DNA of 24,375 nt from a virus (taxonomy: Duplodnaviria; Caudoviricetes), in IMG/VR virus record IMGVR_UViG_3300021425_000188, positions 1 to 24,375 of that record. One strand, written 5' to 3'. Positions within the stretch are counted from its first letter, which is position 1. Each line of letters starts with the position of its first letter. The notes below the pieces were generated by a model. That model had not been told where the DNA came from. It made no database searches and saw only the letters and a list, made by a program, of their open reading frames with translations. The translations under genes and the position numbers were made by a program. Positions 7,344 through 15,275 of this stretch are shown one piece after another.

Positions 7344-8090
7344 CTAATTTGCTTTGCAGTGCTTTGCGTATAGGCTACAAGTGTGGTCGTTTATCATATC
7401 CATTTTGTTGCCCATTAAGCCATTCCAACGATCTATGAGTTTTTTTACAAAGTCTACTTTTACTACAAGACCATCGGAATTTATATATTTTTCAGTACCT
7501 GCATGTTTGAAGCCCATAAACGCTGGCGGAACCATCGTAACAATATCATTATTGTTTACCCAACGATAATGCGTTTTGTCTTTCATGCTGTCTGCAAATA
7601 CTGCGTCGCCTGCTCTTGGAGATCCAAAAGTATGTAGTTCAAGCGGATCTGGCAATGCGTCATCATCCCACGCTCTACTTGCCATAATAGTAATCATTGC
7701 AGCACCTAAGCTGTGTCCAGTAAACCATAAGTTTCTTTTATCCTCATTGAGAGCAATTAAATCTTCGTAAATCATCTCCCAAATGTCGTCAGCTTCACGT
7801 TTGAAGCCTTTATGTACTTTACCTACTGTTTCGCTGTCTTCTTTTCTTGCATCTAAATCTGCAAGCATATCATTAAAATTACCTGGTTCAGTACCACGGC
7901 ATGCAAACACTACATCTGAATCACTTTCAAATCTATATGCTTGTGCCCCGTCTCTGTTATAATATTCAAAAGTATGAAAACCAAATTCTTTAACTAATTT
8001 TTCTGCTTCTTCCGGTTCTTGATAAACAAACTCAGATAGTTTCGCAAGAACGTGGCCTCTTCCCGAGACCCGTAGTGATTTCATGTGCAT
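7344..8090 (-). CDS. Class 3 lipase (alpha/beta hydrolase); start revised to ATG 8090
   Basis: CRGTE, VHKGF, TGHSLGAA nucleophile elbow, TFGSPR.G, NNDIV, C-terminal DH; GGAGG SD and TAAATA at 8115-8120. Confidence 0.9.
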   Translation of the reverse strand: MHMKSLRVSGRGHVLAKLSEFVYQEPEEAEKLVKEFGFHTFEYYNRDGAQAYRFESDSDVVFACRGTEPGNFNDMLADLDARKEDSETVGKVHKGFKREADDIWEMIYEDLIALNEDKRNLWFTGHSLGAAMITIMASRAWDDDALPDPLELHTFGSPRAGDAVFADSMKDKTHYRWVNNNDIVTMVPPAFMGFKHAGTEKYINSDGLVVKVDFVKKLIDRWNGLMGNKMDMINDHTCSLYAKHCKAN

Positions 8091-8114
8091 TGGGTTGCCC
8101 TCCATTCCCAAAAC

Positions 8115-8138
8115 TATTTATGTAACAGCAGCTAAATA
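8115..8138. promoter_or_regulatory. Divergent pair of late promoters
   Basis: caTAAATAg on - strand (8115-8120) and gcTAAATAa on + strand (8133-8138). Confidence 0.65.
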
Positions 8139-8143
8139 AATGC

Positions 8144-8404
8144 ATGCGTAAAAAGACAAGATCCATCTTAGAAGAATTACAAAGTTATAGAAGTCAAGAT
8201 CCTGACTCTATGATAGAAGCATCAGCTGCAAACATTTTAGAAAGTGTTATAAATCTTATGTCTCGTATAGACAATCAGTATGGCACCGAAGTAGGCGTAA
8301 AACTAGAAAAAAAGTTTATCAATGCTTTGAAAACAGGTGACATTGAAAAATTTAATCGCAGTCTAAAACGCACAATAAGGGAAAGCAAAAATGAAAATCC
8401 TTAA
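8144..8404 (+). CDS. Hypothetical helical protein (86 aa)
   Basis: ORF starts 5 nt after TAAATA and overlaps the next gene by 14 nt. Confidence 0.8.
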   Translation: MRKKTRSILEELQSYRSQDPDSMIEASAANILESVINLMSRIDNQYGTEVGVKLEKKFINALKTGDIEKFNRSLKRTIRESKNENP

Positions 8405-9131
8405 TGAAGGCGGAAACATATTCAAAGATCCTGAAGGTAGAATATTAACACAGAGAATCAATAAAGCAGATGTATTACCTACTTTACAATGGCTAGAGCA
8501 AATTACAGGTTTACCACATGAAGATTTTATGTTAGGATCTACTGGACGTAAAGAAACCAGTGGAGACTTAGATGTGGCTGTAAATCAGCAAGATGTTTCA
8601 AAAGATGAACTTGTGAATAAATTAGCAGCTTGGTGTAAAAAGAATGGTAAAGATCCAAAAACATGGATTCGTAAGACAGGTATCAGTGTGCATTTTCTTA
8701 CACCTATTCTTGGTGATGAGTCAAATGGCTATGTACAAACTGATTTGATGTTTGGCGATCCAGAATGGATGAAATGGAGTATGGCAGGTTCTAACGAAGG
8801 TACAGCTTATTCTGGAGCCGACAGGCAAATACTGATGAGCAGTATTGCTACTGCGCAAGGAATGAAATGGAGTTCTCAAAACGGCTTGATTGATAGAGAG
8901 TCTAATCAAGTGATATCTAAAAATCCGCAAGAAATTGCGCAACACCTAATTGGTCCAAATGCACAAGCAGATGACTTAGAAAGTGTAGAAACAATTCTTA
9001 CAAAACTACGTAACCGTATAGATTACAGAGAATTAGTAGCCGATGCAGAAGCAACTTTTGCAAAAAAAGGTATCCAATTACCTGAAAGCAAAGATATAAC
9101 TCGTTTGCGTGAACTAGCCGGAGCTATCTAA
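8391..9131 (+). CDS. Pol beta/Pol X-superfamily nucleotidyltransferase
   Basis: LGSTGRKETSGDLDVAV (GS-x8-DxD), third acid in VQTDLMF, Pol X thumb-like A.AQGMKWS..GL.D; N-terminus MKILNEGG. Confidence 0.75.
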   Translation: MKILNEGGNIFKDPEGRILTQRINKADVLPTLQWLEQITGLPHEDFMLGSTGRKETSGDLDVAVNQQDVSKDELVNKLAAWCKKNGKDPKTWIRKTGISVHFLTPILGDESNGYVQTDLMFGDPEWMKWSMAGSNEGTAYSGADRQILMSSIATAQGMKWSSQNGLIDRESNQVISKNPQEIAQHLIGPNAQADDLESVETILTKLRNRIDYRELVADAEATFAKKGIQLPESKDITRLRELAGAI

Positions 9132-10324
9132 TGAAAGTTATAGAACTATTTGAAGATGTTAAGTTTACCTTGAATGAAGGTGCAGAAGCACGTATACAAC
9201 ACGCAGAAGATTTAATTTTTTGGGAAGGGTCTAAAGGTGCACTTCGTGCAGTTGATGCGCTAAAAGGTTTAGAACAAGGCAGGCACAAAGATGTTACTAT
9301 CAAGTGGGACGGATCGCCGGCTATAATTTTTGGACGCAATGAAAACGGTGATTTTGTTTTAACAGATAAAAGTGGCTTTGCAGCTAAAGGTTACGACGGT
9401 AAGCCCACAAGCGCTGCCGCAGTAAATGCAATGTTTAGTAGACGTAACCCAAATAACGCAGAAGCACAAAAAATATTTGCAAGTAAGATGTCTGCTCTTT
9501 ATAACCTTTATGAAAAAAGTTTTCCTCAGCATGTAATAGGATATTTAAAAGGTGACCTACTGTATTTTGATACTCCACCTCAACAAAATGGTAACTTTGT
9601 ATTCACGCCTAATATTGTTACCTACTCTATTGATGCATCGAGTGAAATAGGAAAAAACATAGCAGCTAGTAAAAGTGGAGTAGTGGTGCACAGGTTTATG
9701 ACACCCGACGGTAAAGATTCTACGGTGCCTCAAAGTATACTCAATCAAATGAATACAGGTGAAGTACTGTATTTTCCTCCTGTAACTGTTGAACGTGCAC
9801 CTAATGTCAACGACAGTCATGTAAATGATGCAAATAGTGGTATTACACAATATGGTGCACAAATCGACGATATGTTGAATACCGAACGATTAACAAGATT
9901 AAAGATGAAAGACCTGCCTATGATTTTCTATACCTATCTTAATAGAAAAGTAGACAGCGGTCTTACAAATCTAGGATCTGATTTTGTAAATTGGCTAGGA
10001 ACTAGCAAAGTGTCACCTGCTAAACAGCAGCGTATTCAACAGTATATTACTGAGCATCAAAGTGCGTTTAGTGGTATGTGGAAAATTGTAGATCAAATTA
10101 TGCAAATTAAAAATGATATAATCAAGCAGTTTGACTCACATAATACAGCTATTAAAGCGACAATTGGTGATGCTTCAGGCGGCGAAGGATATGTGTTAGA
10201 TCATAGTCAAGGTGCTATAAAATTAGTTGATAGATCGGGTTTCACTGCTGCTAATAGGCAAGTGCAAAGAGAAGCAAAGAGCATTGAGCTAAATCAAATC
10301 CAAAAGCTGAGCGGCATAAAATGA
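9131..10324 (+). CDS. Ligase-like covalent nucleotidyltransferase (DUF6267-like)
   Basis: HAEDL; motif I TIKWDG; motif III-like KGDLLY; motif IV GEGYVL; motif V IKLVDR; TAATG coupling. Confidence 0.75.
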   Translation: MKVIELFEDVKFTLNEGAEARIQHAEDLIFWEGSKGALRAVDALKGLEQGRHKDVTIKWDGSPAIIFGRNENGDFVLTDKSGFAAKGYDGKPTSAAAVNAMFSRRNPNNAEAQKIFASKMSALYNLYEKSFPQHVIGYLKGDLLYFDTPPQQNGNFVFTPNIVTYSIDASSEIGKNIAASKSGVVVHRFMTPDGKDSTVPQSILNQMNTGEVLYFPPVTVERAPNVNDSHVNDANSGITQYGAQIDDMLNTERLTRLKMKDLPMIFYTYLNRKVDSGLTNLGSDFVNWLGTSKVSPAKQQRIQQYITEHQSAFSGMWKIVDQIMQIKNDIIKQFDSHNTAIKATIGDASGGEGYVLDHSQGAIKLVDRSGFTAANRQVQREAKSIELNQIQKLSGIK

Positions 10325-11202
10325 TGGAGTTCATTAAAGAAATACACGAAGCACGAATGGTGCGAAATGAAAGTGATCAAAAATCACTTACATATTCCGA
10401 CTGCTGTGAAAAATTGTTTTTGACTGTATGTATTATTGAAGTAATGCGATACGATAATGAAAATGATAATTTTCTTAATAGGTATTTAGATAAAACTTTA
10501 GACTACAACGGTTATAAAATGTTTAAAATTGCAAATACTGACCTTTACAATTTCATATATTTTGTAACTGGCGATAACGCAGCAATGGATAAGTTGAAAG
10601 ATCCAGGTGCAGCTAAAAAAGTTAGACGTAATACACATTTACCTATCGCAACACTTGCTGGACATCTAACACAAATTAAAAATAATCCAAGAGATCCTAA
10701 AATAAATTCATACAGTTTATTTTATGAACTACAAAAAAGTCTTGCGGCACAGATATCAGATTATAGTTTTATACGTAGATTACTAGCAAACTATACAAAA
10801 ATTTCTGTGCAACAGCGCAAAGAAGTAGTAACCAAACTTTTATTTGCTGCTCGAGCAAAACTACGCTCTAGTGATATTATAGATGACTTTTCTCGATGGG
10901 TAGGCAAAAATCGTTTAGAAGTAAGTTCTGTAAGGGATACAGAAATTGAAATAAGCCAAGCTGACTTTGATGCAGGATCTACTAAAGATATGGCATACTA
11001 CAGAATGCTTGTAGGCAGCGACAACATGGTATTAGCTCACAAATTTGTTGAACGTTCATTCAAAAACACTAATTCTCCACTGAATTATATACAAAGTTAT
11101 TTGCCTATTATTAAGATGATTCATGACTTTATTCAAGCGGGACCAACAGCTATACAGCAGCTTAAAGTTCTACACAGTAGAATTAAAAAATCTAACAAAT
11201 AA
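10321..11202 (+). CDS. Hypothetical helical protein (293 aa), putative internal head protein
   Basis: Coupled to the upstream gene; N-terminus MEFIKEIHEA. Confidence 0.8.
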   Translation: MMEFIKEIHEARMVRNESDQKSLTYSDCCEKLFLTVCIIEVMRYDNENDNFLNRYLDKTLDYNGYKMFKIANTDLYNFIYFVTGDNAAMDKLKDPGAAKKVRRNTHLPIATLAGHLTQIKNNPRDPKINSYSLFYELQKSLAAQISDYSFIRRLLANYTKISVQQRKEVVTKLLFAARAKLRSSDIIDDFSRWVGKNRLEVSSVRDTEIEISQADFDAGSTKDMAYYRMLVGSDNMVLAHKFVERSFKNTNSPLNYIQSYLPIIKMIHDFIQAGPTAIQQLKVLHSRIKKSNK

Positions 11203-11288
11203 ATTAGTCAAAACCAGTTTTTTTTATTATCTTGCTAAATACTATTAACAAGATCATTCCGGTCTTGAAACATTTTAGGAGATAAAAA

Positions 11289-11645
11289 ATGGCTGTAACA
11301 TTTGACGTAACCCCAGCTAACGGTGGTACCCATGCGGTAAACTCACTGATTTCAACAAACCAGGTACAAAGCTTCCTGCTAACTGTTCGTTCTACATCTA
11401 ACGGCGACAACACAGCAGTTGACCTACGTGCTGTAGACGCTGCTTATGGTTCTGTATATGATACTATTCTAAGAGAACTTAACCCACTACTAGTGTTTGG
11501 TGCAAACGCTGGTACTGGTGTTGTACACCTAATTATGGATGCAAGCCACTCAGACGCAGCTTCTATTGCTGCACGAGTTGGTGCGCTAGATGGTTGTGGT
11601 ACAGACACAGCTTGTACACTAGGAACAAGCATCACTGTAGCATAA
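11289..11645 (+). CDS. Probable abundant small structural protein (head decoration-like)
   Basis: Own late promoter (11236-11241), strong AGGAG SD, own terminator, A/T/G/V-rich with no Lys. Confidence 0.7.
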   Translation: MAVTFDVTPANGGTHAVNSLISTNQVQSFLLTVRSTSNGDNTAVDLRAVDAAYGSVYDTILRELNPLLVFGANAGTGVVHLIMDASHSDAASIAARVGALDGCGTDTACTLGTSITVA

Positions 11646-11665
11646 TAAGCTTATTTGTGTTGAAT

Positions 11666-11699
11666 AAAAAAGCGTCACTTTTACAGTGGCGCTTTTTTT
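11666..11699 (+). terminator. Intrinsic terminator
   Basis: aaaaaAGCGTCACT-tttac-AGTGGCGCTtttttt (one G-U pair). Confidence 0.85.
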
Positions 11700-11715
11700 A
11701 TGACTTAAATAGTTG

Positions 11716-12099
11716 ATGCGCTTTCAAGTAAAAACCCTTGTTGACATTACTGACACAGGTATCCGTCGACGACATAATAAAGAATCTTTTCAACAAGATA
11801 ACTGCGACACAGTAATTCAAACCATTGGACTTAGAGCTAATCCTGAAAACATTCATTTTTTGATAAAAGACGAAGATTGTGATACGCAATTTGGATCGAG
11901 ATACAAAGGCACACAGAAAGTTTGGGTAATTGAATTTGAACCTAACATACCTGATTCTATTACATTAGACATGTTAATTAATGACTTTGATCTAGTGCCT
12001 TTTTTAATAGATCTAGACGAAACTGTGGAATTTGCTATTCCTTGCTTTTACACCCAAGACAATGAACTACAGAATATTCTTTTTCTAAATGTAGCATAA
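11716..12099 (+). CDS. Hypothetical phage protein (127 aa)
   Basis: ATG 11716, 4 nt after TAAATA (11706-11711); MRFQVKTLVDITDTG... Confidence 0.8.
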   Translation: MRFQVKTLVDITDTGIRRRHNKESFQQDNCDTVIQTIGLRANPENIHFLIKDEDCDTQFGSRYKGTQKVWVIEFEPNIPDSITLDMLINDFDLVPFLIDLDETVEFAIPCFYTQDNELQNILFLNVA

Positions 12100-12122
12100 A
12101 TATATTATCATTAGGAATATCA

Positions 12123-12377
12123 ATGAGCACTACAAGTTTAGAAAAAGAAAATTTAGAAGCGCATGTAGACTTATGTGCTCAACGCTACGAGTTTTTAGAA
12201 AGTAGACTAGAGCAGGTAGAGGAGAGTGTAACAAAAGTGCATGAATTGATTCAATCACAAAATGAAGTTATACAGCGTAATAATAAAACTGTGATTGGCA
12301 CTATTATTACAGCCTCTGGCACTATAATGGCAGGATTGTTATCTACTATAGTTGTGCTAATATTTCAGTTAGGATAA
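12123..12377 (+). CDS. Coiled-coil protein with C-terminal TM helix (XhlA-like, possible lysis accessory)
   Basis: H..LCAQRY..LE.RLEQVE coiled coil then hydrophobic IITASGTIMAGLLSTIVVLIF; TAAATA at 12097-12102, AGGA SD. Confidence 0.7.
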   Translation: MSTTSLEKENLEAHVDLCAQRYEFLESRLEQVEESVTKVHELIQSQNEVIQRNNKTVIGTIITASGTIMAGLLSTIVVLIFQLG

Positions 12378-12381
12378 GCAA

Positions 12382-12639
12382 ATGCAAGAAGCAAAACAAA
12401 TTTGGGGACGAAAAGGTCAAACTTTAGTACGTAAATATAGATGTAGTGGTGGAAAGCGACACGGACGCATTGTTTCTTCTCCCACAGCATGCCATGCTGC
12501 TCCTAACGTGGCACGAAGTGCACGAATGAAAGTTACTAGAGCAAGACTAGGCAAGGTAATGGCAAGACGAGCAAAGCGCACAAAACGCATTAATCCAGCA
12601 AGTAAAAGATTAGCACAAGGGTTGAATAAAAGAAGATGA
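12382..12639 (+). CDS. Highly basic putative DNA-binding core protein
   Basis: 85 aa, R/K-rich with a single acidic residue (E3), two Cys. Confidence 0.75.
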   Translation: MQEAKQIWGRKGQTLVRKYRCSGGKRHGRIVSSPTACHAAPNVARSARMKVTRARLGKVMARRAKRTKRINPASKRLAQGLNKRR

Positions 12640-12938
12640 AAGTTATAGATCTATTAAAAGAGCAAGAAGATGTGCTACAAGAGCAAGACCCTGTACTAGC
12701 AGCAAACACAGCTTTGCAGCAGGCGAGGGAGGCAGTGCGAGTCAAGCGTGATGAAATACGTAAAGCACAAACAGAAGAATTGCCAGAACTGCAACGCCAA
12801 GAAAGAAAGGCTGCACAGGCAGTGATAGCAGCACAAAATTCAAAAGCTGTTCAGCCGGCACAAACAACACCTACCACTGCGCCGACAGCACAAACTATGC
12901 CTACTGCTACTACACCAACCACAGGCGTAGCCACATGA
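12636..12938 (+). CDS. Hypothetical coiled-coil protein with T/P/A-rich tail
   Basis: MKVIDLLKEQE N-terminus; ATGA coupling; TTPT/TAPT/TMPT tail. Confidence 0.75.
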   Translation: MKVIDLLKEQEDVLQEQDPVLAANTALQQAREAVRVKRDEIRKAQTEELPELQRQERKAAQAVIAAQNSKAVQPAQTTPTTAPTAQTMPTATTPTTGVAT

Positions 12939-13168
12939 AGATCAACGAACTAATCCTTAGTTACGAGATTCAACGATCAAACGAAGAACAAGATCTATTG
13001 AATAAACTTGGATTGCCAGTTCCTATCGACAGTTTGACAGAACGTGAAGAAGTCATATTTAACACTCTAGAACGTAAAAATCTAGTAAATAAAATAAAAG
13101 AAGACGGACATATACTGGTAAAGCGAAATGAATACTGTCATACCCCATTTAAAAGAGCTCCTGAATAG
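12935..13168 (+). CDS. Hypothetical protein (77 aa, possible winged helix)
   Basis: MKINELI N-terminus; LTEREE..FNTLERKNLV.K pattern. Confidence 0.7.
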   Translation: MKINELILSYEIQRSNEEQDLLNKLGLPVPIDSLTEREEVIFNTLERKNLVNKIKEDGHILVKRNEYCHTPFKRAPE

Positions 13169-13535
13169 CGTAGATGTTTCCAATATTCCTTATCAAAAAG
13201 GAAATAACATCTACATAGGACGTTCTTGCGTAAGAAAAGTCAAATATGGGTATAAAACTTTTTATAACAAAAAATTTGTAGCTGAGACATTTTCAAAAGT
13301 AGCAGCAATTACTTTAGCAAAGTTATCTAATACTCACGAGGACAAACTTTTCCAAATAAAAAAATTAGATAATATTATACATAAGAATTTTAATGACTGC
13401 TTGTTTTATAAAAACGCAAGCAAGAAATCAAAAGATTCACTAGCACAATCTGTGCTTGATGTAAGAATAGATGTAAGTACTGCAAAAATTGATAATGCAG
13501 TATCTGAACTGTTAGATATTTTACATACAAATTGA
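13128..13535 (+). CDS. Hypothetical protein (135 aa)
   Basis: ORF in the same + strand run, overlapping the upstream gene by 41 nt. Confidence 0.7.
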   Translation: MNTVIPHLKELLNSVDVSNIPYQKGNNIYIGRSCVRKVKYGYKTFYNKKFVAETFSKVAAITLAKLSNTHEDKLFQIKKLDNIIHKNFNDCLFYKNASKKSKDSLAQSVLDVRIDVSTAKIDNAVSELLDILHTN

Positions 13536-13565
13536 TAAATATACTAAACAATTGGAAGCAGCACC

Positions 13566-14504
13566 ATGAACATAAAAGATATGAATAAAAAGCCAACTTT
13601 AACAAATTTAAAAGACAATCTTGTTGAAAGATTTAATATTGATGTTGAGTTAGACGAGTATTCTTTGAATCAACTACTAGCAATGCAGTCTACTCTACAA
13701 GAAAAAGTAAGTAAACTTGTAGAAGGAAATAATTTTGATTATACACAGTCAGATGTATATCAAAAGAATCAACTGTTTTTAGAAATACTCGAAGCTGAGA
13801 TAATAGATCGCAAAGCTTTAATAGAAGGCGCTGAAGACAGAGCTGGTATAGTAATGGCATCTAGAGACATGGTAAACAAAGTTACTAACTGGATGGAAGA
13901 CACAGCAGAAGCACAGAGTAAAGCTATGCTAGAACTAGCTGACGACATCCGTGATGAAATGGGAGCCGACACAGCACAACAATACCAAGACGTTGTAAAA
14001 CCTGCACTAGAAAGTTTATATGCTGCAATGGAACAATCTAGAGAACAGCTAGTTGCAAGTGTTGGTATACTTACAGGCGAAGGCGGCCCAGTAGAGCCAA
14101 TGGGCGCACCTGATATGGACATGGGTGCTGACATAGAAGGCCCAGGTGATGAAGATATACCTACAGACGATGAGTTTGGTGCTGCTGCTGCCGCAGCCGG
14201 TGGGGATGAGCCAGCAGACCGCACACGTAGAGAATCAGTTGATCTTTCACGTAGACTTGGCACTATAATGAGCGAAGGCTACGGCAAAAAGAAGAAGAAA
14301 AAAGCATATGAAGGTTACGGAAATCCTGACCCATATGGCCTTAGACCAATTATAAAAAAAGCTCAAAGTCAACCTGCAATGAGAGCAAAAATGTTATACA
14401 TGCTTGAAATGATGTTGAAAAAGCACCCAGAAGCTGAGAAACAAATTAACCTTGCAATTAAGGCTATAACAGATATGGGTATCAGCGGAAAGCAGTTCAA
14501 ATAA
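13566..14504 (+). CDS. Acidic coiled-coil protein, prohead core/scaffold-like
   Basis: TAAATA at 13536-13541; very acidic and helical; several possible Glu cleavage sites (LVEG, LIEG, RRES, MSEG, AYEG); acidic G/D/P linker. Confidence 0.65.
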   Translation: MNIKDMNKKPTLTNLKDNLVERFNIDVELDEYSLNQLLAMQSTLQEKVSKLVEGNNFDYTQSDVYQKNQLFLEILEAEIIDRKALIEGAEDRAGIVMASRDMVNKVTNWMEDTAEAQSKAMLELADDIRDEMGADTAQQYQDVVKPALESLYAAMEQSREQLVASVGILTGEGGPVEPMGAPDMDMGADIEGPGDEDIPTDDEFGAAAAAAGGDEPADRTRRESVDLSRRLGTIMSEGYGKKKKKKAYEGYGNPDPYGLRPIIKKAQSQPAMRAKMLYMLEMMLKKHPEAEKQINLAIKAITDMGISGKQFK

Positions 14505-14893
14505 TGCGCTTTGCAGAAATCCTGCGAGAAAATACAGATCTACTCTATCAAATTCTTGTGACTGTGCAAGGCAACGCCGATGCTGATGAAAAACCTGTGT
14601 ATCTTCACTTTGATGGAATTAAAAATCCTAAGCCTAATGTGATAAATTTAGATTTAAATCGTTTAATGACGAATGCAGGAGCGCAACAGTTTACTTTTGA
14701 TACATTTAACAACGCATACGATCAAGACAACCGAATTCAAAAAATTGTTAAACAATTTGATAAGGACGGAATAGAATTGAAAACAGATCAGCAAATGACT
14801 TTGCCTGCTGATCAAGAAAAGCGCATGCAGGATTATGATGCAAAAGATGATCCAGCAGCAGCACAAGCAGCAGCTAAACAACTAGAAGACTAA
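14504..14893 (+). CDS. Hypothetical protein, putative internal head protein
   Basis: MRFAEILREN N-terminus; TAATG coupling. Confidence 0.75.
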   Translation: MRFAEILRENTDLLYQILVTVQGNADADEKPVYLHFDGIKNPKPNVINLDLNRLMTNAGAQQFTFDTFNNAYDQDNRIQKIVKQFDKDGIELKTDQQMTLPADQEKRMQDYDAKDDPAAAQAAAKQLED

Positions 14894-14899
14894 TTTTAG

Positions 14900-14927
14900 T
14901 TGACTTTTAATTATTTTACCGTATAAT
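14900..14927 (+). promoter_or_regulatory. sigma70 promoter
   Basis: TTGACT-N16-TATAAT. Confidence 0.75.
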
Positions 14928-14933
14928 AGAATT

Positions 14934-15275
14934 ATGACTGAACGTAACCACGACGATATTGTAGCAGAGATTAAACTTCTTATTGAAGAAAAAGTCAAGC
15001 CGGCAGTTGCTGGCCACGGAGGCAATATTGAATTTTTAGAATTCAATGATGGTAGACTTTTGCTAGAGCTAGGCGGTGCATGTAGCGGATGTGCTGGCAG
15101 CACTATGACTCTTAAAATGGGCATTGAAAATATGTTAATGCATTATATCCCAGAAATTAAAGAAGTAGATGCACAAGACGATCCTAATAGTAATGTTGAT
15201 CCATTTTATTCTAGTATGGATTTTTATAATTGGGACGAAGACGAAATAGATGACACTAATAAAGAACAAGTTTGA
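14934..15275 (+). CDS. nifU: NifU/NfuA C-terminal-domain Fe-S cluster carrier
   Basis: VKPAVAGHGGNIEF...L.LGGACSGC..STMTLKMGIENML.HYIPE, the hallmark NifU_C CxxC. Confidence 0.92.
   Translation: MTERNHDDIVAEIKLLIEEKVKPAVAGHGGNIEFLEFNDGRLLLELGGACSGCAGSTMTLKMGIENMLMHYIPEIKEVDAQDDPNSNVDPFYSSMDFYNWDEDEIDDTNKEQV

Noticed and set aside
2209-7345. Near-identical palindromes AGTAATATTGCT (2209-2220) and AGTAATATTACT (7334-7345) near gene ends
   Set aside because: Short, AT-rich and only two copies; plausible by chance
13769-14263. 164-aa - strand ORF
   Set aside because: Ser/Ala-rich mirror of the acidic + strand gene; typical shadow ORF, like the other nested antisense ORFs in the track
14270-14325. 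SEGYG-KKKKKK-AYEGYG as a frameshift or slippage site
   Set aside because: Mixed AAA/AAG codons and the frame stays open to a coupled stop; better read as a short protein repeat
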